A stretch of 64,000 nucleotides of DNA, taken from the NCBI RefSeq assembly GCF_964204865.1, contig NC_135264.1, positions 4,960,001 to 5,024,000 of the forward strand, given 5' to 3'. Numbering within the stretch: the stretch's first letter is position 1; the number at the start of each line of letters is the position of its first letter. Source of the DNA: Styela clava (lineage: Eukaryota). Position numbers and translations under genes: made by a program. Below the pieces are notes generated by a model. It saw only the letters and a program-made list of their open reading frames with translations, was not told the origin of the DNA and did not search any database. This document shows, piece by piece, positions 1 to 14,300 of this stretch.

Positions 1-3000
1 TTTCATGTGACAATACGGAAATAATAGTTTGTCCAAATTCCAAATCCGTGTTAGATCAGTTACGTCAATACTTGCTGCTATAAAATCATTTCCTCCTCGT
101 TTTTTTCTTCGCTTCGCAGTCGGGTCTGTGCTAGAAACCTTATTTAAAATAGACAAAGGACTGTAATGCCGTATAATTTGGAACTGTGAACCCGGGATTC
201 TGAAATGTTAGATATTTTGGACACGAATTTGGCTAATGGGTGGTTTTGCTAGATTGTTGCAGTTAAAAATCTCTTTCATGTCTTTCTGGGACAATTGCTT
301 CCACAGCAATAAAAAATAAAAATAAAATATCTTGAATTTTATCCGTCAACTTCAGATTCCGTCCTGATCTATATTTCAAACCCAAAATCTAGCTGTTCTA
401 CTTAAGTTAACAATTTATATATCATTGGTCTTCGTTTCAATTTAATTCGGCATTGATCTTTCATTTGTTTCATAATATATCGCTCACTTCATGTATTATT
501 ATATATCTAAATTTATTTTTATTGAATATTTATAAACTAACTTCTTTTTGTTTCTGTTAATGGGCTCACTACTTAGAATTAGATCATTCATACGACACCG
601 CCCTATTTACTGGGATCTTCAAAATGGCTTCATCGCATGCAAACTAAGCAGGATATGATTGGGTTAGTTTTCCGTAATTGTATTATTTGTCCAGTCTTTT
701 ACTGTTATTCATCGTGTTTTATGTGTTATTCACTCACCGACATTGTTGGCCCTTGTTCCCAAAAACCTGTGGCATCGTTTAAACTCCACAAACTCAAACC
801 CTGTGTTTGACCCAAGGTCAGACTGTTTGTTCTCAAATATATTTCAACCTGACAAAGTGAGCAATAAATAGAATGTTAAAATAAAATTAATTCATTTTCT
901 TCATCCTTAACATTTTTGGACTCATGCCATACAATTTTTTTCTGATTAAACAATGGAAACCTGTGTTTTGACAATAAAACCTGTGTAACAATGACATGCA
1001 CTTTTTTTAAATAATTGATTTGAGGTCGATTGAAAAATTAACATTTATTCAGGCCGTTCAAATAATCTGCTTTTGAAACTGTTGCTAATTGCTTATTTTA
1101 AAATTGATATATTACGGACTTAGACTAATTCAGTGCAAAAATTTATTTTATTTTGTGAATTCAGTGATACGAATTTTTGTACATACTTGACGTGCAGTCA
1201 GTGGATTTCCAGCGTCGTCCGTCAAATCAAACAACAACATTCCAAATGATGATAAAAAACCTGGTAACTGCTCTCCTTCTGTCAAAAGTTCTCCTGGGAT
1301 TGAATTTTCGCTGTCAGTTTGCGTGGGATCAATGAATTTCAATGCAAGATGTACCTTCAGAATGAATTTTTCAAAAATAAAAACAGAAAGATTCGATGGA
1401 AATGTACTCAATATTATTTATAACTCGTTATGCTTATGATATATAATATATATCAGGAATAAAGATTTTTCATTTCAGTATCAAATCCTATTACTTATCG
1501 ATCTTTAGATCCTCGCTTTCGTGAGATATCGCGTGTATCTAACAGACAGACAAACAAACAAACGAGAATATCAGTCGGAAACCGAAGACTTATCGATCGA
1601 AACTGCGGTTTCGATTTATGACTGTATAGTGACACCGCGTGTCCCATCACTAATTAATTAATAACTCGCTAATTATACGACATAAATCATCCAAAATCGA
1701 TAGGCTTCTGGTCCGATATGATATGATGAATGCACATGCAAAATTTGGAGCAGATTCAACCACGCCTTCGTGAGATATCGCGTGCATCTAACAGACAAAC
1801 AGACAGACAAACAGACAAATACCTATCAACATACTTACCGATCTTAAGATCGATAAGTAATTATGCGCAATGTTTTGTCCCATAAAACTCCTTATTCCTG
1901 GAATGTGATATAGTAACTGGTAATACTGGTAATGTGATAGTAACTGGTGTTATTAGTTGCAGCAGTATTATGGTACATGGAAAGTGCGGAAATCTGCAAA
2001 TTTATTCACAACTGTTTATCGGGAAATGAGTATACATCATACCGGATATAGAGACTACCGAACAAACTAGTATGAACCACTCGTATAAAATACAATACAA
2101 TCGTTTGTGAAGAATTGCCATTTTACTAAGGGATGGAGAGGGATTTCACAATGTACTAGATGAAAGTAATAAATTGTGTCCAGTATACTCAAGTTCTACT
2201 TATAATTACATCCTATAGCAAAGTATTCGGTATTTAAAATATCTCAATATTTTACTTACGTTTCCAGTGTACGGGGTCACACCGTCTTCCATAAAAAATG
2301 AGTTTGCGGGGAAAACAACTGACACGTCTTGATTGGTTCCTATTGATGGCACGGTGTGTCCGTCAGTTGAGATGAACATTATGGCATTAGGCTTCTTAAT
2401 GGCGTCGATTGTCACAAAGTATACATTCGTTTCACTTACTGTATTAACAACCTGTCAAGAAAAATTCACCTGGTCATTGCACTGCATAATGATTACATGG
2501 TATATGCTTGCTATTGTTAGACTTTAACGATTACATGTTATAACCACACGTAACAATAACTAAATATTGTTTTTACCTTAACTTGTCTGTAAAACTTATG
2601 GATGTCATCCACCGCAGAAAATACTATCCGATCGCTGGACTGAGGTGTGCCAGTTTCGAATTGAAATTTTCCTTCAATATCTGCCCTTGCTACTTCAATA
2701 TTGTTCATCTCTACTGCGAAATTACTACACATGGAACCAGTTGTGTCACAATTATTTATTCTGTAAATATTAGCAATGGATGAAACCAATATTCGAGATT
2801 TTCAATTTGTGACTTATTGAAGTATATATTTCGAATCAATTTGTATTTTCTACAAAATCATTTTTCAGTTCAAAGTTTAATATTCAGTATAAATTAAAAT
2901 TATCATCCGGGAGTATATATATATTGAATACTTAAAGATAAAATAAAATATATTTCGTAGTCTAGTTGAAAAATTCAAAAATTCTCTTGTTTTAGATTCA

Positions 3001-4439
3001 TTCGTTGTTATTAAATTTTTTTTCAACTTATTTTACATGCTTACGTTCCAGAAATAACAGTGATTGGCTCTTGGCAGGGCAAGCAAGTACATTTATCCAC
3101 GACTGTAACTTCGATAGTTTGACCTAAATTGATTAAAAAAATGATCAAAAAAGAACGAAATTCAAACTAATCAATAAACTTTACAGCAACAGATGCCGAA
3201 GTTTGCATTTAGACTATGATTTACATGTTCTTTCTTACGACGGTTATGGACGCTCTAGTCTGGGTCAAATATAGTAGACGGATCAATCCTGTTATAAAAC
3301 AATTATCATTTGGCATATCCCAAAATAACAGGTCGGAGTCGTGGTACACAACACAAAATTTGTTTTGGATACATTCTTGGAGCATCTTCGCTTTGAAACA
3401 TAAATGTAGGAATATCGCCCAAAAATAGCCGAATCCATAATTCCATTCAAAAATATCTTTTGACTTTATGGAATTTGTTTCATAGGTAACAAAAATTGAA
3501 AATAGCGTGTCGTGGTTCCGTGATCACATCTCAGTGATCTGGTGGCCAGACTACCGGAACTGTAAAATATTTGATACAACTCCGTATTGGCATCTATTGC
3601 CATATATTTGAGCAAAGATTTTGGAGCAATAACAAACAAACAATCAAAATTGTTAAAGAGTGTAATAATTCTTCATGTTTTCGTTTTATTTCGGTTGCTT
3701 TCTATTAAAACAATTGGTTAGATCAAGTTGTACTATTGATAAATGAAGTAAAAGTGTTTGAATGATGAACAAAAATATGCTCTAACCTCCGCACGTGACA
3801 TCTTTTTGTTTATGTACTGGTCCACAACATTTTCTCTCGTTACTGTAGCACGATATGCATTCCTGCAATGAGCATGAACCGTAATCAGTAGTGCAGCCAG
3901 CCTGTACTTCTCGTATATCTGGCGATGGTTGAACTGTGCATCCTTAAACATGGTTTTGTATATTATATCCGATTAGAACAAAGTTCTCTTGCTTTTACCA
4001 TAAATGAAAATGAAATGGAAAAATATTTTGTAAAAAAATCTGTTTGATGAGTTGAATACGGGCTTGTTGCCAAATTTCAATCAAAACATATAGTTTTTCA
4101 AACAATTCATCTGCGGTGCAGCGGTCTGGATCAAATTCAATTTATATATTATATATTTATTTATTTAAATTTTATTTTCATTGTGACATAAGGTAAGGTC
4201 GACGGATTACTTTTAAATATTCAATATGATTAAGTCTAAACGATTGTCAAATAGCTTGAACCTTATAAAATATGAATTTGAGAGATTAGCAATGTTCAAT
4301 GAAACTGTTGTAATCTAGTGTGCCGGAATTTATATTTAGCCGGCCATGTCTATTCCTATTTTTTACAGGGATATTCCTTACCCGTTCCGTAAACAATTTT
4401 CACCAAAAAGCTCAATAATACACAAAATATGATATTCAT
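1..4439 (-). CDS. CILP: CILP (cartilage intermediate layer protein)-like secreted protein, multi-exon, 3' part runs off the left edge
   Basis: Phase-compatible GT-AG exons 3123-3045, 2760-2577, 2451-2260, 1354-1187, 848-738 and 138-1. They translate to ...VVDKCTCLPCQE...FPANSFFMEDGVTPYTGN/VHLALKFIDP...LSSFGMLLFDLTD.../LSLWSLNDATGFWEQ/...KRRKKR...IWNLDKLLFPYCHMK. These match CILP motifs ECSCQRC, TFLDP, LRTYGMF, LWSLNPDTGLWEE, the furin site RRNKR and FNLD. Candidate signal-peptide exon 4439-4382 (MNIIFCVLLSFLVKIVYGT) is less certain. Confidence 0.85.
1491..1860. mobile_element. Helentron-associated/DINE-1-like non-autonomous element in a CILP intron
   Basis: About 20-bp inverted ends (ttacttatcgatctttagat / atcttaagatcgataagtaa), an internal duplication (cgtgagatatcgcgtg..tctaacagaca), an (AGAC)n microsatellite and a terminal hairpin. 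Confidence 0.6.
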
Positions 4440-6438
4440 TCTTCTTCGGGGCGTAACTCAGTTTTCTCAAATTGTTTGCTCTTTCCTTTTTCCATCGGTT
4501 GATGGCGTACCTGTAGTATGAAGACAATATGCCTCTTCTGTATTTTTTATAGCTGCAAATGATCGTTAAAAGGAAAAGGAAATTCTTTCAGGATGTGATT
4601 CGCCATTCTATGAAAATTGTTAAATGCGTCGGAAAACATCCATTGGTTTTTGTTGTATGGCGGTTGCTTTATTTGCTGAAAGCATACCGTTGTATTTTTC
4701 CTTAGATCCTTGAATTTGTCGACACTTTTTACAGCATCTGCACATAACGAGCTGATATAACCGCTCTCCCTCCTCCTCGAAAAAGTAAGGACCGCCCAAC
4801 TTCAAAAACTGCAACTTCAACCACATTGGTACACTCTCGCTTTGCACAGGACTTTCCTTCAGCCCTCTGGGCTTATTGACAAAACCAGATAACTTAAAAT
4901 GAGCTTCGTCGCGGGTAATCAGAATATCAATAGTAATAGTATCCACATTTTCAGTTACAGATCTTCTATTAGTGATAAAATAAAGTAATTCACTTGTTGT
5001 TGAATTTTCCAGTAAACTTGAGGGCAAAATGACAGTTCATTGAAAACATAAATTTACTGCAACAGCATTGTCATAGTAGCCTCGCACAAACTATGAGACA
5101 AATTCTTTAAAAATGATCATATGCAGAGTAGAAGATATAATTGAAAGCAACAGAAGTCCCCTCTTTTATTACAAACCACTGTATTCGTAATAAGATAGTC
5201 TCGATTCAAAGTTCAAAAATTTTATTTTCTGTAAGGAAATAAATCGTGTAATTTTTACACTGTGTAATAATGATATGAAGCTTTTTTTTCACTCGTGCGA
5301 AATATCGAAAACGCATCTAATATACAGTCGTCTTAAAGCAATGAATACTAAACCAAACAACTTTTTATGTTCAAATTCATGTTTCCATTACCACAAATCA
5401 TTTGCAGAAAAATCAACATAATATTTATGACAGGTTGTCCATTCCATACAGAAACTGAACGGATAGTAGCCTATACCTTGTGAAGATCAACGTTATTGAA
5501 GCCTAATGCTTAACTAACAGATACACGCGCCACAACAAGGAAACAAGCTGAACGTGTCAGTTGTGTTCCCTGTAAATTCAATATTTTAATGGATATGGAG
5601 TGTGAGTTGCATATACTTATCGCGTACCACAAATACTTTGTTGTAAGTCTCCAGTTATCAGTAGCAAAAAGCGTATACTGGTCATCATTTATTACTTAGA
5701 AGTGTTAAAAGTGTTATAAAGTTTAAAAAAAAAGCGCTGGATGCAAAAATAAAATTCAGATATGCACACCTTCTATTTTATATGCCAATGCCCATACTAA
5801 TTTCCATGTGTCCGCTGTGCATGGCCGTTATAGAAACAAACAATTCTTAGAAGCATTCTTGTCAACGGTTCGTAGTAGCAAAACAATTGTCTTAGTATGG
5901 ACTCATTTCCGATGAACAGTTATGAATAAATTTCCGATTTCCGCACAATTTCTTTGTACCGTGATATCGTTCTGACTACGAGCAATATATTACTCACCAC
6001 TCGGTACTAATTCGTATTCAAACGTTTTGTCAATATATTCATTTAATGTAACAATCTTAAAAGAAACAGTCCATCGATTGGTTTCGCAACGTAACTCAAA
6101 GTATGAAATCTTTATTTAGACCAAAAACAATTGCCATCTACGTATCATAGGCTACTAGTCTAAAGCCGTATTTGGATAGAAAGTGCTTACCACGTAAAAA
6201 TAAGTTCGCATCTCCTCACAGAGCTACGCGTTTAAAATTCAATGCAAGCTTTGTGTAGCTCACATTCATTATTATTTATCTTTCTGTTTTTTGGCTAGCC
6301 TTTGTTTAGTTTTCGTTAATACCGTTAGGATTTTTTAACCTTTGTTCAACCTTTTCTTCAAATTTTCAACCTCTTTATGACGATCCAAGGAATGACTAAT
6401 TCATATGACCAAACATTTTTTAAATAAATTTCATAAAA

Positions 6439-6944
6439 CCGTAGTTCCCAAAGTGGGCGTCGTTTCAATTTTCCTAGGGCGTCGCAAAATTTTTCTTTAT
6501 TTGCGGAATTGTACCGGAATTGTCAAAATTCTCGTTATTTTCGTTTGAATCGCACTTGAGAACTAGAGATGACAATATATTAATTATTGTAACAATCAAC
6601 CTTATCTATACTTGACGTCTCTAACGTCACGGGTCATTTAATGCTGTTTCAATTATGACATCACACACACTGGGTCAGCTTGAGCCTTGCATGTCATTAA
6701 ATTCTAATTCTTTCATGAACATGGGCATATCGGGCGTCGTTGAGCGACGTTCAGCCTTTCGTCTACGCGTTGATTCGAAGGATTCAATATTGAAACCACG
6801 GTATTCTCTTCAGGCATAATTTAAATGACTCATTGCAAAAGAGGTCTTTCATTGAGACGTTCATAAGACGTTTTTCTCGGAGAGTCGCATTTTGTTCACA
6901 TTTTTCGGAGGGCGTCACAATACCAAGAAGTTCGAGAACCACTG
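6439..6944. mobile_element. degenerate hAT-type MITE
   Basis: Ends ccgtagttcccaaa / ttcgagaaccactg; flanks tcataaaa / ccgtaaaa (6/8). The right part resembles 42481-42561. Confidence 0.45.
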
Positions 6945-7029
6945 CCGTAAAAGGAAGTAGATGGCACACATTCATGCTCTTTTAAGGAGCATAATAAGAT
7001 AAAATATGGAATATTGGAAGATAAAATGT

Positions 7030-7740
7030 ACATAATTAAGAAATTTTATCAAAAGCTGTACAAAACGGGAGAAATGACTGCCGTATTATTTTGAATAGAA
7101 CAGGGGTGTGCAACCTCTATTACAAGAGGGCCAGATACAAATAACTGGATGAAGCCGCGGGCCGCACCTTTATTTAAGATAGCCTTTATAGTAGTTGCAG
7201 ACACAAAAAATTCTTTCTTGTTGTTATTAATCTTACGGCATTGTAAGGGTCCTAGCAGAAATGGTTGGTTAAAACGCATACATTTCTAAAGAAAACTGCT
7301 ATTCAAATTTATTGTCACGCCGACTTTAAACGAATTCAGTGAGAAACACGTTTTTATAGCATTGTGTATTTTGCAACAGGATTTTGCCAACTAATTTTAC
7401 TAATATGACAGTGGCACTCAGGTACTGGTATAGGCTTTGCGGCGCAATGAGATTGGAATTGCTCGCACGTAAATTAAAATCTAGTTTTGCGGACACACCA
7501 TTCAAAATTGGCACTTCATCGCGAGCCGAACATTATTTTCTTGCGGGCCGCAGTTTGCACACCCCTGGAATAGAATACTAGAAGAAACGATAAAAGATGA
7601 AAGGGTGGTTGGTAATAAAAAAAGACAAATAAACGTCGAAGAAATCTGGGAAACGCTCAGATCATTCAAAGTAAACATGACAACAGGACTGGATAGACTT
7701 AATATTGAATCTTACAAAAAATTAAATGGAATATCATAAA
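7030..7740 (+). mobile_element. L1/Tx1-like LINE ORF2 remnant (pre-RT and RT domain 0), interrupted by a hAT MITE
   Basis: NFYQKLYK before the MITE. After it, QINVEEIWETLRSFKVNMTTGLDRLNIESYKK..WNIIK resembles the L1/Tx1 consensus I..EE+..A+..+...KSPG.DG+..EFYK.FW. Confidence 0.6.
7101..7567. mobile_element. hAT (Charlie/Buster-like) MITE
   Basis: TIRs caggggtgtgcaa / ttgcacacccctg with a perfect 8-bp TSD gaatagaa (7093-7100 and 7568-7575). Confidence 0.9.
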
Positions 7741-10700
7741 GCAGTGATGTGCAAACTGCGACCCGTGTGCCAAATGAGGCCCGCAAGGAAAAATTGTGAG
7801 GCCCGCGAAATGAAGTTTAAATTTAGTTTGATCTGTTACATGCGAAGTTCAATCCAATCCCTTTTGCTTCGCAAATACTACTATACCTGAGTCCAATTTG
7901 TTATCTATACCTATGATGTTGCAATGTCCTATCAGCTAGCTTCTGTGAAGCAACATCGAGATTCGCAAAGCTATCACTTGCTAAGCAGCGAGCAAAAGAA
8001 AGTGTGGAACAGGAGCTAATAACAGTCAATTGAAGTTAGTTAACTTTCTCCGGGCCCCTTTATCTTTTAGCAGTGGGAAAAATCTGATATTTAGTGAAAG
8101 CAATACTTTTAGGTCATATATGATAAATTTTTAAAAATTTTCGACCTCCGACTCCCTGGGGGGATTTACCGGATGTTGCACTAGTGCAACTTGTGCCCGG
8201 AAGGGACTAATTGTAAGATATCACATGTATGTTTTTTTAATCTGCAATACTTTGTAACATGGCCAGTATATATACTACGATGGTTGAAAATATTAATGGG
8301 AGTGTCAAACTTATTCATGGCTCAATTCAAAACTCCAATAATGAATAAAAGGCGCATTAAAATGTAAACAAATCTTAATATAGATCATGTTTTTGCACTC
8401 TAGGTAGTTTCGCAAGTCAAAATATTTAGAAAATGCATATGAGTTGTCCCTTGACACTTTCGTTTACCTATTTCTGTAAAATTATTTTGAAACTTTGAAT
8501 TTTCATATATATTAAAATGCAAGAATATAGAAAATCTATCTTTTACATCGAAATAATTTTGCATTTACCTACTGTTACGTATTTTATCAGATAACGACTT
8601 TTTAGCGTGAAAGTCATTTTGATTACGCTGCGATGCGAAAAACTTGGAAACCAAGTTTTTTGGTAGCAGAAAAATCTTTGGCAATTTGTGTGTTTATTTA
8701 CATTTTCACGATTTCGATATTTTTTGGACTGAATGTCTTCTCTTTCCACTTCAGACTTTCGTATGAATTTATCGATCGACTTTGCCCCCACTCTGGAAGA
8801 CGCTATAAAAAAACACGGCCAGCGGTAGTTTTCTGCAGCATTTGTGTTCAGGCAAATTCCGTTTTTGTGTATACATTTATTGTTTTGCTCCACAATTAGT
8901 ATAGATTGGTTTATGAGTGGATTGCAATATCTTTATGGTGTTGTCAAAAATTCGGAGCAAGAGAAAAACTGTGCTCCCTCGAACGTTGAATTAGGTTTCT
9001 GTTTGTCTGGGTGAACGGCGCCGCCCTCGGACTTTCAAAACACGACTAAGTTTCAACTTTGGATTTGTTTTTAGATTGCTATTGTCTGTCCATATAAATT
9101 CCAACAGTCAAAATGCTGAAATGGTCTGATTTTTTAGGCTCAAAATCTTAGCTAAATAAATATCGTTCTGGAAATTACGTGTTTTATCAAGATCAGCCTC
9201 ATCATATTCATAATTGTAAGTCTCAATTGCCTCTTTATCTGAAAGTGTGTCATTAGAAATATGCGCTAATTCAACGCAATTTCTGCAAATATTTCACCCG
9301 TCGGCATATTTACAATCGTTCTGCTAGATCGGTGAGAATACAAATAGAAAATCTGAATCAATCTGAGACACTTCTCTATTATTTTAACCCCGTATTTATG
9401 GCTAAAATATTTGGATTTTATTTGGTTTCAAATCTGAAACATATCACTCGTGCATAATTATTTTATTTCACGCTTTCTAAATCTTCTGTTTACAACAAAA
9501 TTATCTGAAGCCAAATTTCCCCTAATCGGCAAATTCTCATAATACTGCATCCTAATAAACCTGATTCTACCTTATATGACATAGGAAACTCATAAATTAC
9601 GTTATCTGCTCAATAAGCCAACATAAATGACAAAACTAAACAGAAGAATATTAGCTAATTTAACAACCGAAATCCACTTCTGAGGGAAGATGTTGCACCT
9701 ATGCAACATCAATTTTAAACCACCCCCTCGTGAAACCACATAAATCGTTCGAGGTTGCAATCAGTTTGTAAAGCTTGTGTATACACTATTCTTTTGCCCC
9801 GTGCAGAGATATGACGAATTCGGTGTATAAGAATTGGTATAGTTGCTTAAAATATGACCATGGTTCATCAGCCTTACACGAGCACCGGAGACCGCATCTT
9901 GCAAGAGACGCTTGCAGCGTCATCAGGCGGCGGCAATGCAAAATAGCAGTTGCATCGAACCAACGAAGTACTGCAGTAGTACACTGAGTAGAAAAAAGCA
10001 TTCTACGGCAGAAAATGTGGGTGATAGCTAGTTTACAATATGTTGTTGCATACGTGTTACGCATTCCCGGAGAGGGTTTTAAACAACTGGCAAGCAGTTT
10101 GAGGTATTTTACTATTAAGAGATACAGAAGCTAAATGAGTTTTGGTTTCAGTGTATCAATCGATTTCATATAAATCTAGTCTAGTCTAGAATAAGACAGA
10201 TTTGACAGCAAAGTATTTGAAATGAATGTTGGCGATTTTTACTAAAAACATCTTTACTAAGATAACTTTCCACTTTCAAAAATGGCACTTTATGACTCAA
10301 ACATATTTGTGCGAACAATTTTGATCATGAAATATCCCTATCGATCGGTTCTGACAGACTAACATATGACAATGAACTTGGAATTGCTAGCACTTCCATT
10401 AATTAGTGCAAATTTGGTAATCGGGAAAGACAGCCAGCTGCAAATTTCTCAGTGATCTCGTTTAAAGTCGGAGTGATAATAAATTGGAATAACAGTTTTC
10501 TCCAGAAATTTGAGTATTGAGGAAATGTATGTTTGCGCAGTGCACCATTACAAAAATAAAAATGGGATACACAACATTTATACATCAAAAAGGAGAAAAC
10601 AGGCCAATATTTCTACTGAGCAGCGATTACAAAATATTGACAAAATAAATATCCAGGAGATGTCGTACCTGTGGCGCTACCCTCATAGATTAACGTGAGG

Positions 10701-11068
10701 AAATGTTTTGAGTAAAGTTAAAACGGGCGCTTGTTAGGGAGTCGATTGATGCACAGGGTCGTTGCTATGCCCCCGACCGACTTAGTACACTGAGTGGTTA
10801 GAATAACACATCGTGCACCGTTCATTCCTAGTGCAAGTCGTGTTTATTGAATTCAGCGTTCGTGATTGCTCAACTGTGACAAATTTTTTTTTTATGTGGA
10901 TTTAAATAACTATTTCAGCCGTGCCCATGCCTTTAAATTATTAATAAGGTCCGTCAGAGCCCGGTAACTATCTAAAATCACTGAACCTAGAATAATAAGG
11001 AAAATATTTTCCGGTTTCTAATAAGACCTCTCACATGCCTTCTTTTCCACCCCGTTTTTAAAATATAT

Positions 11069-11300
11069 TTATCATTAGATGTTAATAAAGCCTTTGATAC
11101 TATTGGTCAGGATTTTCTGTATGGAAATCTTGAGCAATTCGGTATAAAGAAAAAATGTTTTAGTATATATACTCAAATTTATATACAGCTCGTCAGAAAC
11201 GCCAATAATGCTGAATGTATACCTCAGTGAAGCAATTCAACTTGAACATAAAACAAGGAGATCCATTGAGCATGTATATGTTTATAATAACTACATAATT
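11069..11300 (+). mobile_element. L1/Tx1-like LINE reverse transcriptase remnant
   Basis: LSLDVNKAFDTIGQDFLYGNLEQFGIK (D..KAFD motif) followed by KQGDPLSMYMF (QG.PLS motif), disrupted. Confidence 0.75.
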
Positions 11301-14300
11301 TATAATAATGTATATAAAATCAGATCTTCGAAGGATATAAATATGTTGTAAATGTTGTATATGCTCATTAATAAGACTCAACTTGAAGGAAAAAAAATAC
11401 TATATGTTGAATTATGGGGAAATGCAATTTTTGATAATCTAGGAAATTTATATTTTATTATATTCGCAGTAAGTCGCAATAATTATGTGCAAATGCGACC
11501 TTGATGAGAGCATACTTGTGTACGAATATGAAATAATAGATTTAATAGATGAGTTAGTAGATATAGTTATAGAAACGGGAAGCAAATATTTGGACAAAAA
11601 GATAGCGAACGCGGAACCTCCACTAGGTGCGCAATTATTGATAGCCTTCTACCTACAACAACAATATTTAACCACTGCAAATTTCAAATATACAATTATT
11701 CCCGTTTTAAAAAGGAAAGCGAGTTTTCATAAAAAAAAAGAAGACCACGGCCAATAGCAACATAATAACAAAACGATGTACGGGGGCATGTTGTGTCCAA
11801 TGAAATAATAAAGCTGAGGTACAAGACAGACCTAGATCTAAAACAGAAAGCAGGCAGTAGGATGGCGGATTGGATTGGAATACGATCACTCTATTAACCT
11901 AATTTTTGCAATGACATTATTTTATCAGTTACATTTGAAACCAGTTATGTTAATGAAGACGCATATAATGCGTAGATTATTTTACTATATTTTTAGTTAC
12001 ATTTTTGATCACCTGATTTCCTATAAACTTGTCATCCATCTTCAGTAATGTAAATATCATTTTACCGTTGAACTGTAGTTTGTATATTTAATTCACATTG
12101 GTTATGTTGTCAGAGACTGAAATATTCTTCATCATTTCAATTAATTGCATGTTTTAATATTTTGAAAAACTACCAGCTGATAGATAGATGTTAGAATATC
12201 ATAATGTTATACACCAACTTTGACTGTGGTATTATCATCTGTGACAGACTGAAAACTTTCGAAAGATGCCTTCACATCAGTGACGTATCCTATCTACGTA
12301 ATCTTGGGCCTATGGCAAATTTCAATAATGTGCTCTGCAATCATTGACTGACGACTTTGAAAGATTGTGGTTGACTTGAGACTTGTACGTTATCCTTTAT
12401 GTGAAAATGCGAGTTTCAGGTGTTTTCGATATGAAACCTTTTACGATTAAAACATTTACCCCCCTTTGTCTTTATCGTAATTTTGCATTTTTCGTTCCTA
12501 TCCTACCTTCGTCTTAGGCCTTGCTGCAAGTTATTGTTGCATATCCTGAATAGGCCGCCGACTCACGTATCCACTTAAATGCATACTAATCCATGAAAAA
12601 AATCTGCGATTGTTCAGGTATCGCGCAGATATTTTTAGATTTGGAGAATTTCCTAATAACGCAAAAAGGGTAAAACAACGTATTTTCAAGACAATTGTTC
12701 TGTATTAACCAAACTGCAACACAAAAACAGAAAATTCACCTTGATATGTTCTGTCTTATTCTCATTTCATATTTTGAAAAATTGTTTTATATATCTGCAT
12801 GTAAAATTAGGAATGAATAATTCCCCGGTAACTATAATTGGTAATTCGCTATTCGCCCTGAATACAAATAGTCGTTTTACTCCCATAAATACGCAACTCA
12901 GAGTCAATCGTGACCTCGTGTAACTTCTGATATCGCATAGGTAGGATAAGATCCTGACGTGACGTGACAATGGCTAGAAAATGAAAGAATGGCGATTAAG
13001 GCAAGAGATGCTTTTTACAATCGTATTGAATATTGATAGTAGTTGTAGTAACTAACCGGTTGAAATAAATTTGCGCATATTTTTCGTTCAACATGTATAC
13101 TAAACTTCTCTGTGAATTTTTGTAGGTACGAGAACTATTTAAAAAAAATCATGCATAACTTGGCACTAAATTGATTGTAAATGGATGTTTCCCCGACCCT
13201 TGACACCAGGAAATTTCTCATTATACTCTAAATTTCATGCTTTTTAATGCAATTTTAAGAGTTTTTTCGAGATTGGGCACTCAAAATCTGGTTTACATGT
13301 TTAAAAACATCATTTTTAATAAATAAAACATTTGACCACCTGCCGTTTACAGGTTGGCCTAGTATAGTCAGTCACATTGTTTGCGGGACTAATTCTGGAT
13401 TTTTGTAACTGAACTATAGCTTCTCGAAACACATAATAACTACTAATTTGTTTAAATTTTAGAACCGTTTTTCGAAAACACAATTAAAAACTGACAAAAA
13501 AACACGAAAAATAACGAAAACGAACTAATGTTTACAACGATGGACAAATTGCAATTGTTTCGCCATTGCTGATTGATCATTGTTACGGAAATAAACAAAG
13601 AAATCTCGTGGAAACATTCATACTGTAACTTACGTATCCAGTTTCAAATAGTAATATAGAACACTGGTTTCACTATCATTATTGCCCATCATATATATGG
13701 CACCAAAGTCTCAGGTTCTGAATAGCATGATCCGATTCTGGCTGCGAAATAGATATTCAATTGTTAGTGATTGACCGTCACTCAGATCAGCGAACCGCAA
13801 GTATGGATAAAAACTAGCGCCCGGTAAAGTCAACAATCATATTCGTGTTCTTTTATGAAAAAACGACTGTTTTGTCATTGGTAACAAACTGACGACGAAG
13901 TAATCGAATTAAAGTTTAATCCCAACTGTCATTACTCGTTTGACATTGACAAAAACATTAGTGATAAGCGGATCAGCCGCAGCGAGACATCGTGACATCA
14001 TAGATTGCAACCTACTGCACGTATATTTATGTACCACGAGAGGCTGATTATGCTTGTATAATGAAATTTTAATAAATCTAATTTACACTTGTTAAACGTC
14101 ATTTCTGATATTTCAATCAATAGATATTTTAGAGTTTCTGTACATGTAAGAGAACTACCCCATCAGCGAGCTCAGTTTCATCCCACGAAAATAATATAGA
14201 AGTGCATTTGAATTATGCAAAATGTGAGTAAATAGTTTTCATAAAATTTTAATTTGATTAGTTCACCCGGCAGTCGACAGTTCACTACGAACAGTCCAAC

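Noticed and set aside
4620-5027. 135-aa minus-strand ORF with CRCCKKC
   Set aside because: Non-ATG start, no recognisable domain and no convincing splice context.
11485-11757. 90-aa acidic ORF after the LINE RT remnant
   Set aside because: No recognisable motif; it lies in decayed repeat sequence and cannot be supported as a gene.
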